DNA of 42,228 nt from a virus (IMGVR_UViG_648861009_000010); one strand, 5' to 3'. Positions 1 through 8,939 are shown, numbered from the stretch's first letter. Numbers and translations are program-made. Notes: generated by a model from the letters alone, not told the origin.

Positions 1-516
1 ATGAAATTTAAAAAATGTCTTCTGCCTGTGGCAACGTTAGCGTCATTCACTCTGGCAGGATGCCAGTCAAATGCTGATGATCATGCCGCCGATGTTTATC
101 AAACCGATCAACTGAATACCAAACAAGAAACTAAAACCGTTAATATTATTTCCATTCTTCCCGCAAAAGTTGCCGTAGACAACTCCCAAAATAAACGAAA
201 CGCACAAGCCTTCGGCGCGCTTATTGGTGCAGTCGCTGGCGGTGTTATTGGCCACAACGTCGGGTCTGGCAGCAATTCCGGAACGACGGCAGGTGCAGTT
301 GGCGGCGGAGCTGTTGGCGCGGCAGCGGGTTCTATGGTGAATGATAAAACCTTAGTGGAAGGTGTTTCTTTAACGTATAAGGAAGGCACCAAAGTGTATA
401 CCTCCACCCAGGTGGGTAAAGAGTGCCAGTTTACGACAGGTTTAGCCGTTGTTATTACCACGACGTATAACGAAACGCGTATTCAGCCAAATACGAAATG
501 TCCTGAAAAGAGCTAA
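1..516 (+). CDS. Host outer-membrane lipoprotein with glycine-zipper domain (YcfJ/SlyB-like architecture)
   Basis: 171-aa ORF; N-terminal signal peptide with lipobox LAGC; Gly/Ala-rich zipper segment GALIGAVAGGVIGHNVGSG; lies outside the prophage, before a strong terminator. Confidence 0.7.
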   Translation: MKFKKCLLPVATLASFTLAGCQSNADDHAADVYQTDQLNTKQETKTVNIISILPAKVAVDNSQNKRNAQAFGALIGAVAGGVIGHNVGSGSNSGTTAGAVGGGAVGAAAGSMVNDKTLVEGVSLTYKEGTKVYTSTQVGKECQFTTGLAVVITTTYNETRIQPNTKCPEKS

Positions 517-531
517 TGATCAGGAGGAGTC

Positions 532-1071
532 ATGAAGAAAGTTTTTCTTTGCGCCATCTTAGCCTCCTTAAGCTATCCGGCTATCGCCTCATCATTGCAG
601 GATCAACTCTCTGCTGTCGCAGAAGCGGAACAGCAAGGTAAAAATGAAGAGCAAAGGCAGCATGACGAATGGATCGCGGAGCGCAACAGGGAAATCCAGC
701 AAGAGAAGCAACGTCGCGCAAACGCCCAGGCCGCCGCTAACAAAAGAGCGGCAACGGCAGCGGCAAATAAGAAAGCTCGTCAGGATAAACTGGATGCCGA
801 AGCCACTGCGGACAAAAAACGCGATCAAAGTTATGAAGATGAGCTACGCAGCTTAGAGATTCAGAAACAAAAACTGGCGCTGGCGAAAGAAGAAGCCCGC
901 GTTAAGCGCGAAAACGAATTTATCGATCAGGAACTGAAGCACAAAGCTGCGCAAACCGATGTGGTGCAATCTGAAGCTGACGCAAACAGGAATATGACTG
1001 AGGGCGGTCGCGATCTGATGAAAAGCGTGGGCAAAGCAGAAGAGAACAAATCGGACAGCTGGTTTAACTAA
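532..1071 (+). CDS. Host secreted Lys/Glu/Gln-rich coiled-coil protein, function unknown
   Basis: 179-aa ORF; signal peptide MKKVFLCAILASLSYPAIA; RBS GGAGG 6 nt upstream of ATG; highly charged low-complexity body. Confidence 0.6.
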   Translation: MKKVFLCAILASLSYPAIASSLQDQLSAVAEAEQQGKNEEQRQHDEWIAERNREIQQEKQRRANAQAAANKRAATAAANKKARQDKLDAEATADKKRDQSYEDELRSLEIQKQKLALAKEEARVKRENEFIDQELKHKAAQTDVVQSEADANRNMTEGGRDLMKSVGKAEENKSDSWFN

Positions 1072-1118
1072 GCGATGTCAGTAACTTCAAGCCTATGATT
1101 CGTGAGTATAATAAATAT

Positions 1119-1143
1119 CCTCCGGCATAGCCGGAGGTTTTTC
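1119..1143 (+). terminator. Rho-independent terminator after the host gene pair
   Basis: Hairpin cctccgg-catag-ccggagg followed by TTTTT. Confidence 0.75.
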
Positions 1144-1218
1144 AAATGCGCCTATAAGGCTCTCTTACCAGCCGCGCCCTAACAGGCGCACACGATCTGA
1201 CATTTGCATCCAACTTCG

Positions 1219-2136
1219 TTACTTACGGCCCGTAAACGGGCTGCCCGGATAGGGAATCGATAACTGCTCTCCCATTTTATCCTCTTCAAGCTGGTGCTTT
1301 ATGTAATCCTGTATCTTCGCCGTGTTCTTACCCACTGTATCGACGTAGTACCCTCTGCACCAGAACTCCCTGTTCCTGTATTTGAATTTCAAATCACCAA
1401 ACTGCTCGTAAAGCATCAGACTGCTTTTCCCTTTCAGATATCCCATAAACCCCGGATACGCTCATTTTAGGCGGGATCTCCACAAGCATATGGATATGAT
1501 CTGCACAGCATTCAGCTTCCAGAATCCGTACGCTTTTTCCANNNNNNNNNNNNNNNNNNNNNNNNNNNNNNNNNNNNNNNNNNNNNNNNNNNNNNNNNNN
1601 NNNNNNNNNNNNNNNNNNNNNNNNNNNNNNNNNNNNNNNNNNNNNNNNNNNNNNNNNNNNNNNNNNNNNNNNNNNNNNNNNNNNNNNNNNNNNNNNNNNN
1701 NNNNNNNNNNNNNNNNNNNNNNNNNNNNNNNNNNNNNNNNNNNNNNNNNNNNNNNNNNNNNNNNNNNNNNNNNNNNNNNNNNNNNNNNNNNNNNNNNNNN
1801 NNNNNNNNNNNNNNNNNNNNNNNNNNNNNNNNNNNNNNNNNNNNNNNNNNNNNNNNNNNNNNNNNNNNNNNNNNNNNNNNNNNNNNNNNNNNNNNNNNNN
1901 NNNNNNNNNNNNNNNNNNNNNNNNNNNNNNATCTCCACAAGCTATATGGATATGATCTGCACAGCATTCAGCTTCCAGAATCCGTACGCTTTTTCCACTC
2001 ACACAGCTTTTCTCAAAATACTGCCTATTGCTCTACGCTTCTCTCTGTAGAACACCTGTCTTCGGTATTTTGGCGCAAAAACTATGTGATATTTACAGTT
2101 CCATCGGGTGTGCGCTAAGCTCTTTTCGTTCCCCAT
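1219..2136 (-). CDS. tnpA: IS200 transposase TnpA (HUH Y1 type), reading frame interrupted by the N-run
   Basis: Recognisable IS200 TnpA sequence on both sides of the gap; about 60 bp flanking the N-run is duplicated, so the apparent frame changes are assembly artefacts. Confidence 0.75.
1542..1930. other. Assembly gap (389 N) inside IS200, flanked by a near-identical ~63-bp duplicate
   Basis: atctccacaagc[a/t]atatggatatgatctgcacagcattcagcttccagaatccgtacgctttttcca present on both sides of the N-run. Confidence 0.95.
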
Positions 2137-2459
2137 TGGGACCCCCTTTTGATTTCTTGTTTGACACTTGCAGTTGCCAGACCGCAAGGTGTTTTAACAA
2201 ATCAAAAGGGGTTTTAATAACTGGCTCAAAGCTGAAAGCTTTCCGGAACCCCCAGCCTAGCTGGGGGTTTTCTGTGCACAAAAAAACCCTCTGTAGTAAC
2301 AGAGGGTTTTGTTCATTCATAGTGCAGGGTCAAATCATTCCCACTCAATTATTTACGATAACCATAACCAATTGAGTGATAACATTTTTCCAAATCTCAA
2401 TTTTTATCGTACCGTTTTATATACCGTCACCGGAAATCAGTACCATGAAAAATGCCATG

Positions 2460-2942
2460 CTATCTGGTCAGGGTGTCGTACTGTTTTTCACAGACTCTTC
2501 CGGCTTCGGCTGCCCGGTCAGCATACTCTGCCAGTTGTCTGTTTCTCTCGAGAGATTTACTGAGCACGTCGGCAAGCAAAACTCCGGTGTCTGCGGCTGA
2601 CGTCCCAGCGCCGACAATGGCGTTATACTGCCTGAGCTGCTCACGGATGGCAACGAGCTGTTGCTGCAACCGGCCAGCGCGAGCGGCAGCATCAAGAGCA
2701 TCATTGCGCGCCTGGTCGATCCTCTGCTGCGCTTCACGTTCATTGATCGCTTTCTCCTGTTCGTAGTGCTGACGAATTCTCTCATCTTCGGTTTTGCGGT
2801 CTTCTTTCGCCTGCGCATACCCGGCGTCGTACTGACGACTGCCGTGTACACTCCAGGCAACAACTCCTGATATGACCAGAACAGCAAGCACCGCCATGAT
2901 AATCAACTGTTTCCGGTATGCTTTTACGAATGCCCAGATCAT
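2460..2942 (-). CDS. Rz: Rz-like i-spanin (lysis)
   Basis: 160 aa; N-terminal TM helix, Q/R/E-rich coiled-coil periplasmic domain; last gene of the lysis cassette; start overlaps the endolysin stop (ATGA). Confidence 0.7.
   Translation of the reverse strand: MIWAFVKAYRKQLIIMAVLAVLVISGVVAWSVHGSRQYDAGYAQAKEDRKTEDERIRQHYEQEKAINEREAQQRIDQARNDALDAAARAGRLQQQLVAIREQLRQYNAIVGAGTSAADTGVLLADVLSKSLERNRQLAEYADRAAEAGRVCEKQYDTLTR
2468..2704 (-). CDS. Rz1: Rz1-like o-spanin lipoprotein embedded in Rz in another frame
   Basis: [13 protein letters not shown] lipobox signal followed by a Pro/Ser-rich 60-aa mature peptide, entirely inside Rz. Confidence 0.6.
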   Translation of the reverse strand: MMLLMLPLALAGCSNSSLPSVSSSGSITPLSALGRQPQTPEFCLPTCSVNLSRETDNWQSMLTGQPKPEESVKNSTTP

Positions 2943-3568
2943 ACCGCCAGCACCTTACTGGCATTGATGTATCGCGCGCGCCGGTCGTCGATGCCGTTCC
3001 GGCCACCATTGATAATCAGAGTTACACGTGCAATATCGCCGGTATACTTCATGCATCCTTTGCTGGCAAAGAACCACGCCGCGCTACGAGCCGCGTATTC
3101 GTCCTGCGCCAGCAGTTCAGGACTCTCCAGCAGGTCAACCTTAAGACCGTTTCCACAGTCACGATAGTTATTCAAACCGGTAACCTGGATAAGCCCGCGC
3201 CCACGGTAGTTCCAGCCATCACCAGGGGCATTGTTCCCCATGCGTTTGCTGTACACCAGATTGGCAATCGCTCTCTGGCGCTCAAGTGGCAATGGTGGTT
3301 CGCCTGCACGTCGCCCCAATGCGTTGGCCTGTCCCTGAGTGAGACGCCCAGCCCGAACAAAGTTAGCCAGTCCGCTGACGCTGTAGTTGAAATTCTCCTG
3401 CAACCGGGTGAAGCCTCCAGACTCATGCCCGACCTGAGCAATAAACATAGCCTGATCTTCTGGTTTGCTGATACCAAACTCTTTCATCGCAGAAGTTATA
3501 TGCGAGAACCAGCGTGCGGCCAGTGCCTCGCTGATACCAGCAGCTCGCTGGAATTGTTTAATCTCCAT
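2939..3568 (-). CDS. Endolysin, glycoside hydrolase family 19 (chitinase-like) type
   Basis: 209 aa; motifs [11 protein letters not shown] and [13 protein letters not shown] recalled from GH19 phage lysins; sits between holin-like genes and Rz. Confidence 0.7.
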   Translation of the reverse strand: MEIKQFQRAAGISEALAARWFSHITSAMKEFGISKPEDQAMFIAQVGHESGGFTRLQENFNYSVSGLANFVRAGRLTQGQANALGRRAGEPPLPLERQRAIANLVYSKRMGNNAPGDGWNYRGRGLIQVTGLNNYRDCGNGLKVDLLESPELLAQDEYAARSAAWFFASKGCMKYTGDIARVTLIINGGRNGIDDRRARYINASKVLAV

Positions 3569-3866
3569 GTTTAGACCTCGATACTTTGAAAATTTGAACG
3601 ACGTTACCGCGCGTTTTAATAACCGCAGCTAGCATGACAGCGTTGATAATGACCTCAGATAAATCCACAGCCATTGGCGTACGTAACCAGATTGCATAGG
3701 CGACACGAACAGGAATACTGGCCGCAGCAACAATCAGGAAATAAGCAAGCCATCCTCCCCACCTTCGGTGTTGAGAGCCGTTACGCCGGAATGTGACAAC
3801 GCGAATTGCTATGCCAGTGCAAATAACTGCATTGGTGATAAGCAAAAAAAACTCATGCGTTACCAT
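3558..3866 (-). CDS. Small membrane protein, putative holin or antiholin
   Basis: 102 aa, 2-3 predicted TM helices, immediately upstream of the endolysin. Confidence 0.5.
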   Translation of the reverse strand: MVTHEFFLLITNAVICTGIAIRVVTFRRNGSQHRRWGGWLAYFLIVAAASIPVRVAYAIWLRTPMAVDLSEVIINAVMLAAVIKTRGNVVQIFKVSRSKHGD

Positions 3867-4266
3867 CGTCTTTTCTCCCCGGAATTAACTCGCGTGGATT
3901 ATCGGAACGGTGATAGAGCCATATACCAATACGCACAGCGACAATTGCTGACACGAATGCGCCTGCAGAGAAAACAATCCCTTTTTCAAAAGAGTCCTGC
4001 GTGATGGTAGGGATCAGGCTGGCTATGCCGATAAGAATTGATGCTGCTGGTTTGTAAAAGAGAAGGCCGCAAAGAAAGCTGAGCATCGACAGGAGCACCC
4101 GGCGACGGATGGGGTACTCTACTGCAGAGGTAACAAAAATTACCGCTCCAGCCAAAGCACCCAAAGCAACCTCAGGAGGAACTCCTGCTATCACCGCCGC
4201 CAGAGAACTCATGCTAAGCCACTGATTTAAAGTTTCACTGGTTAGTTGAGCTGACATGTTTTCCAC
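3853..4266 (-). CDS. Putative holin (multi-TM small membrane protein)
   Basis: 137 aa with several hydrophobic helices and a charged C-terminus; position in lysis cassette. Confidence 0.5.
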   Translation of the reverse strand: MENMSAQLTSETLNQWLSMSSLAAVIAGVPPEVALGALAGAVIFVTSAVEYPIRRRVLLSMLSFLCGLLFYKPAASILIGIASLIPTITQDSFEKGIVFSAGAFVSAIVAVRIGIWLYHRSDNPRELIPGRKDDGNA

Positions 4267-4754
4267 CGTTTATATGCATAACAACCTCCTGAACAGTAAA
4301 GCATTACGCATAATAAACCATTTATGGTTTTTGTTACTTTAACATCGTCAATTCCCTGTTTTTCATGCCGAGAATAAAGCTCACCTTTTACATGACTCTG
4401 AAGAAACAAACAGTGAAGAGCAGGTTGAATACCGCACCATTTAATGGCGCGGTAGCAGTCAAATAGAGAAATAAACACAAAAACAAAAACAACAGGAACA
4501 GCAAAATCCAACAGACTTCCCACATCCCACACGCGTGGATCAAAACCTCCCCACCACGGCATGTTGATACGTTTCCCTTTCCCAAACTTTTCTATCCAGC
4601 GATATTCTGCCTGGGTGTGTTCACGCGCAATGAAGAACGTACAACCGGCTATCGCACCGTAAGCCCAGTTTCCGGTAAAAATACCAACCAGTACCTGAGC
4701 CACAAAAGCGCAAAGCGAGTGAAGAAATGGAGTGACATCAATGCTCTTAATCAT
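4242..4754 (-). CDS. Integral membrane protein of unknown function between tailspike and lysis genes
   Basis: 170 aa; two long hydrophobic segments, Cys-rich C-terminus; start overlaps the tailspike stop. Confidence 0.55.
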   Translation of the reverse strand: MIKSIDVTPFLHSLCAFVAQVLVGIFTGNWAYGAIAGCTFFIAREHTQAEYRWIEKFGKGKRINMPWWGGFDPRVWDVGSLLDFAVPVVFVFVFISLFDCYRAIKWCGIQPALHCLFLQSHVKGELYSRHEKQGIDDVKVTKTINGLLCVMLYCSGGCYAYKRWKTCQLN

Positions 4755-7193
4755 GAAACTTCCCCATTGGTTGAAAATATGGCTCCTCCAACGCCAAGTG
4801 TATTTCGTGTTGTGCTCAACCTCAGAGGGCTGGAGTCAGAATTAGAATATCCTGTAGCAGAAATAAAAGATCCTCCACTAATAGTCAACTGCGGAACATC
4901 GGCTATATCTGAATAAGTTCTGTCAGCAACAGTATTATTTATAGCCACATATGATCCAAAAAAACTTCTTATTGTTTGGTTTTTAACTTTACTTCCTTCA
5001 ATGGTTATCCTACTACCACAGTCGGCAATAAATCCTGAATCTGCATCCAGCGTTGCATTCATAAAAGAAGCTTCAGATCTCTCTACATCAATCCATCTAA
5101 TATCTTTTGTGGGATTTGCACCAAATACATGACAAATATTAGAGTTAAACCTTACACCATCTTGGAGGTGCATTAATTTTTTTATATCTGTACCCCATAG
5201 CCTTGGAAAATTAACAGATGCTCCTGCATGGCAATCAAATCCCAGCTCAGCCCCTGAGATATCTACAGCCTTTCCTGAAATAACAGCACCAGTGTCTGCA
5301 TTAACGGCTGTTCCACAATTGCGCATATCATTACCAGCAACATCAACGCAACCCGCACCATCAATACGCACACCAAGTGCACATCCATAAAAACCTTTTT
5401 CAATATTTGGTTCAAGGACTTTACCACTTGTTTCTGCATCACTTTCTTCAACGTCATGTCGTCTTGCATCAACATATGCTGTATGAATGCAGGTTAATCC
5501 ACGATATGAGCAATGTATAGTTTTATGGTCGCGTATATTAACATTTGAACCATCTCTTACATTCCATCCTATATAACAATAGCTTGCACTTGACCCCTGA
5601 AAATCTGNNNNNNNNNNNNNNNNNNNNNNNNNNNNNNNNNNNNNNNNNNNNNNNNNNNNNNNNNNNNNNNNNNNNNNNNNNNNNNNNNNNNNNNNNNNNN
5701 NNNNNNNNNNNNNNNNNNNNNNNNNNNNNNNNNNNNNNNNNNNNNNNNATCCACGATATGAGCAATGTATAGTTTTATGGTCGCGTATATTAACATTTGA
5801 ACCATCTCTTACATTCCATCCTATATAACAATAGCTTGCACTTGACCCCTGAAAATCTGCTTTTAACATTATAAATACAATTAACTGACGCAACCGTACT
5901 CTCTGTGCACCGTTCAAACTTGCTTACAGGCATTGATGCCTTGACATTATTTACCAGTTGCAGGGAAGAGTATCTGCTATAAGAAAAATCACATACGTAA
6001 TACCCTTCTGGCATATATGCAGCAACACTTTCCTCATCAGGAGCACATCCGGTATGATATGCACTAATTTTTGCACCAAAACTACCATGAATTCCAACGT
6101 AGAACTTTCGAGCACCTGAATACGGATAGAAATTAAGTTCAGCTTTTTGAGTTACAATAAATGCACAAACATCGCTATCATCTCTATTTTCTTCGATCTG
6201 AATAGCAAATACAGGACTTTTTGCTGCATCGCAAATGTAAAATAAATACTTGTATTCGTAATACGTTCTAACGATTTTAGTAAACAAACGAGTGTCAGAG
6301 AAAACCACTGAGTCTTCTGATGTTATTTTAATCCAAGACAAATCAACACCTGAACTGAATTCAATTTGATAGTTGATAATATGCCCGGTCTTAATTCTTA
6401 TTTCGCAGAAAGCATTACCACCATCCCACATAGGTCTCATTGACTGGGCTGCAATGATTGCATCTTTGAGTGTAGGGTAATCACCCCATTCGCCAACAGT
6501 AATAACAAAAGTATAATATGAGTTAAAAACAGCGGCATTTTTGCCTTTGGATATCAACTCCTTAATCATAAAAATATTATCTTCGTAATCACAAGGAGAA
6601 ATTATATCCCTCATTTTGCTTTGAAATGTTCGTTGTCTTGCCCCGCTTCCTGACGGTATAAACCAACCAAAACCACCAACAACCCCGGCGATTGCAGCAT
6701 CGACATAATTACGCATTGAGCGATTATTTACAGCGTCCTGCTCAAATGATGGATCTGCAAGGTTAGAAATTTTGTTTTGCTTTGCATCGTAATATTTTGC
6801 AAGCAAAGATGGTTTCATCAATGCACGTCTGAACCACCCAAAACATCGCTGGATCAGCATCGTCAGGTAGTCAAATGCATCTTCATGAACTTCGGGGAAA
6901 AATTTTCCCTGATTGCGAAGATCAGTCTCCTGCACCACATCAAGCACACGCTCTATCGTAATTCGCCAGCCAGCAGCAAGCGGCGACGGGAGAACCACTT
7001 CACCGCCACTATAAGTGCCCGCTCCAGTTACCTTATAACCGGTATCCAGAACCAATTCTGTTACGTTCCCGTTCAGGTCAGACACCTGAACAACCAGGTC
7101 GGTTTTTTTGAAAATACGGAAGGTATACGGAAATGATGTCGTAACGCCGTTACCGGTGTATTCGTTGTGGTCAACTTCGGTTGAGACCGTCAT
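4751..7193 (-). CDS. Tailspike: T7-fibre-type N-terminal adaptor domain plus C-terminal parallel beta-helix domain; reading frame broken by gap and frame change (ORFs 5790-7193 and 4751-5917)
   Basis: N-terminus MTVSTEVDHNEYTGNGVTTSFPYTFRIFKK resembles podovirus tail fibre/tailspike anchor domains; C-terminal part has beta-helix-like repeats (NCGTAVNADTGAVISGKAVDISGAELGFDCHAGAS); SD GGAG 7 nt before ATG at 7193; 111-bp exact duplication flanks the N-run. Confidence 0.6.
5608..5748. other. Assembly gap (141 N) inside the tailspike, flanked by 111-bp exact duplicates (5497-5607 and 5749-5859)
   Basis: Identical sequence atccacgatatgagcaatgtatag...ccctgaaaatctg on both sides of the N-run. Confidence 0.95.
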
Positions 7194-7297
7194 GTTAAAT
7201 CTCCAGATAGTCGCAGCACCCGTTGCGCCGCATATCTGGTTATTCTATTACCTGAAAAACCACATATGGATAGAAAGGCTGTGAATATGAATAGATA

Positions 7298-7312
7298 TTA
7301 CCTTTCAGGTAA
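7298..7312. promoter_or_regulatory. Operator-like palindrome TTACC-TTTCA-GGTAA in the divergent tailspike / SOS-gene intergenic region
   Basis: Perfect 5-bp inverted arms; identical 16-mer ATTACCTTTCAGGTAA also at 26830-26845; half-site TTACC at 7248-7252. Confidence 0.55.
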
Positions 7313-7349
7313 TTTGCAAAACGTGCTGGATAGCAAACAAATTATTTGA

Positions 7350-7369
7350 TACTGTATATTTATACAGTT
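7350..7369. promoter_or_regulatory. LexA (SOS) box
   Basis: taCTGTatatttatACAGtt, a perfect CTGT-N8-ACAG with AT-rich spacer, 20 bp upstream of the ATG at 7389. Confidence 0.75.
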
Positions 7370-7388
7370 ATTGCATGGAGAAGATAAG

Positions 7389-7646
7389 ATGCAGCAGTAT
7401 CACTATCCACTGGAAGACGGATTTACCGAAAGGATTCACACGCCGGGAGGCGTCAGGTCACTGGTGGAGGGATCGCACTTGATGAAATTACTCCGGGATC
7501 TCGATAAGGATGGATTTAATGTCGATGGCCCACTTGCCGAACTGACTGCACTGATTAACTACGTCACCAGCTCACAGATGTCTATGCGGGATCTGCAAAC
7601 ACATCTCGACTATTGTGCCGAACAATTACGAAAACAAACCAGATAA
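7389..7646 (+). CDS. Small SOS-controlled protein, paralog of the C-terminal domain of the downstream BRO-N protein; candidate antirepressor
   Basis: 85 aa from ATG with SD GGAG 8 nt upstream; aligns with the 7947-8672 product C-terminus (LLRDLDKDGFNVDGPLAELT...RDLQTHLDY vs LLNQLQEDGHDVSGAAAELT...RDIQTHAEY). Confidence 0.65.
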   Translation: MQQYHYPLEDGFTERIHTPGGVRSLVEGSHLMKLLRDLDKDGFNVDGPLAELTALINYVTSSQMSMRDLQTHLDYCAEQLRKQTR

Positions 7647-7677
7647 GGTTTGCAATTACCAAATGGAGTGCTTATAT

Positions 7678-7692
7678 TTACCTTTGCGGTAA
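7678..7692. promoter_or_regulatory. Operator-like palindrome TTACC-TTTGC-GGTAA
   Basis: Perfect arms; abuts a TTTACA -35-like hexamer; half-site TTACC at 7655-7659. Confidence 0.5.
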
Positions 7693-7783
7693 ATTTACAT
7701 CGCACTCCTCTTGTGCCATAGTAATCGGGCACTGGCAAAATCCAGTGCCGGGATTGGCGTCCCGGGTTACTAAGTGGCGCATA

Positions 7784-7805
7784 CCACGCCAGACGTGGTT
7801 TTTTT
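7784..7805 (+). terminator. Rho-independent terminator-like hairpin in the 300-bp untranslated spacer
   Basis: ccacg-ccaga-cgtgg followed by 7 T; preceded by two more perfect hairpins (7728-7749, 7748-7765). Confidence 0.5.
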
Positions 7806-7946
7806 ATGCGTTAAGCACAGCTATATCCGAATTATGGTGGGCTGGGCAGGGGTCCGAAAGGACGCCGGTACCACTTAGGCCGGTACGCCAACCTTGTCCA
7901 GTTCACCACCAGTAATTGGCGTTGCGGTGGTGATTAAAATCACTAA

Positions 7947-8672
7947 GTGGAGATAACCACCATGGCTAATGCTCAAACTGCCATCTTCAAATTTGAATCT
8001 GTTAACCCTATCCGTTCCATCATTATCGATGGCCAACCATGGTTTGTAGCCCAAGACGTTTGTAGTGCGCTGCGTATCCAAAACGTCACCCAAGCACTTG
8101 AAAAACTGGATGATGATGAAAGGTCTATGTTCAACATAGGGCATGAACATCGTGCAATTTTTGACAGCCGAGTAAAAGAGATCAACATCATCTCCGAGTC
8201 AGGCCTCTACACACTGATCCTCCGCTGCCGCGACGCAGTGACACCAGGCACTATCCCCTACCGCTTTCGTAAATGGGTTACAGGTGAGGTTCTTCCTCAG
8301 ATCCGCCGCACCGGAAGTTACATTAAAAACTCGCTCCCGCAGGAAGAACGCATAAAGATAGTTGCCGACCAGGTAGCCAACGCCACAGCATCAGCAGTGA
8401 TGCAGGCAATGAAGATAGAGAACAAAACCTACAGTGCCCCACTGAAGCCCGGCTACCGCAGCCTGATTCATTCTCCGTCTGGTGTTCTCGGCCTGACGGA
8501 GAACTCACTGCTGATGAATCTGCTGAACCAGTTACAGGAAGACGGGCACGACGTATCGGGCGCGGCGGCGGAGCTGACCACCATGTTCTGCTACATTGTT
8601 GGTGTGAGCAAATGCCTGCGTGATATCCAGACCCACGCGGAGTACATCAACGACAAGGCTGGGTTCTTCTGA
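7947..8672 (+). CDS. BRO-N domain antirepressor-like protein (Ant-like)
   Basis: N-terminal BRO-N signature (IFKFESVNPIRSIIIDGQPWFVAQDVCSALRI ... SGLYTLILRCRDAVTPGTIPYRFRKWVTGEVLPQIRRTGSY); start may be ATG 7947 or 7962. Confidence 0.7.
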   Translation: MEITTMANAQTAIFKFESVNPIRSIIIDGQPWFVAQDVCSALRIQNVTQALEKLDDDERSMFNIGHEHRAIFDSRVKEINIISESGLYTLILRCRDAVTPGTIPYRFRKWVTGEVLPQIRRTGSYIKNSLPQEERIKIVADQVANATASAVMQAMKIENKTYSAPLKPGYRSLIHSPSGVLGLTENSLLMNLLNQLQEDGHDVSGAAAELTTMFCYIVGVSKCLRDIQTHAEYINDKAGFF

Positions 8673-8744
8673 CGGGCGGCGGCACAGGGATGTGCCTTTA
8701 AATAATTCTGTACAGATTGCAGACTGTGGGTGAATAGCGTACTA

Positions 8745-8759
8745 TTACCTTAAAGGTAA
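8745..8759. promoter_or_regulatory. Operator-like palindrome TTACC-TTAAA-GGTAA overlapping the moron promoter/RBS
   Basis: Perfect arms; directly abuts SD GGAGG of ORF 8772; putative -35 TTGCAG (8717) and -10 TACTAT (8740) upstream. Confidence 0.55.
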
Positions 8760-8771
8760 AGGAGGCGCGAT

Positions 8772-8939
8772 ATGACAGCGTTGAAAAATCGTACTCAGCA
8801 CAATGAACAAGCCAAGCAATGCTGGGATGTCATTGGAAAAGTTATGCTTGGCCGCGCAAGCAAAGAGCGCGACAAGGATATGGTTTACCAGACAGGAACA
8901 TCTTTCAGCGACTTCAAGGCGGCATTTCGCTCCAAATAG
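8772..8939 (+). CDS. Small protein (55 aa), unknown function, first gene of an AT-rich moron
   Basis: ATG with SD AAAGGAGG at 6-nt spacing; not in the ORF track (<60 aa); MTALKNRTQHNEQAKQCWDVIGKVMLGRASKERDKDMVYQTGTSFSDFKAAFRSK. Confidence 0.55.
   Translation: MTALKNRTQHNEQAKQCWDVIGKVMLGRASKERDKDMVYQTGTSFSDFKAAFRSK

Larger units (their letters stand above)
1190..2335 (-). mobile_element. IS200 (IS200/IS605 family) copy, internally broken by an assembly gap with duplicated flanks
   Basis: Encodes IS200 TnpA N- and C-terminal peptides (MGNEKSLAHTRWNCKYHIVFAPKYRRQVFYREKRRAIGSILRK ... MGYLKGKSSLMLYEQFGDLKFKYRNREFWCRGYYVDTVGKNTAKIQDYIKHQLEEDKMGEQLSIPYPGSPFTGRK); upstream stem-loops typical of the IS200 left end (ccccagctaggctggggg, aaccctctgttactacagagggtt+T-run); exact ends approximate. 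Confidence 0.75.

Noticed and set aside
2918-3574. 218-aa plus-strand ORF
   Set aside because: Antisense to the well-supported endolysin gene
1542-5748. N-runs with repeated flanks as CRISPR-like or genuine repeats
   Set aside because: Exact duplication of contig ends around runs of N is a scaffolding artefact; no repeat-spacer periodicity anywhere in the window
4751-5917. Treating the 388-aa ORF as an independent second tailspike gene
   Set aside because: Not firmly rejected, but it has no RBS and no N-terminal anchor domain, and the frame break coincides with an assembly problem; a single interrupted tailspike is more parsimonious
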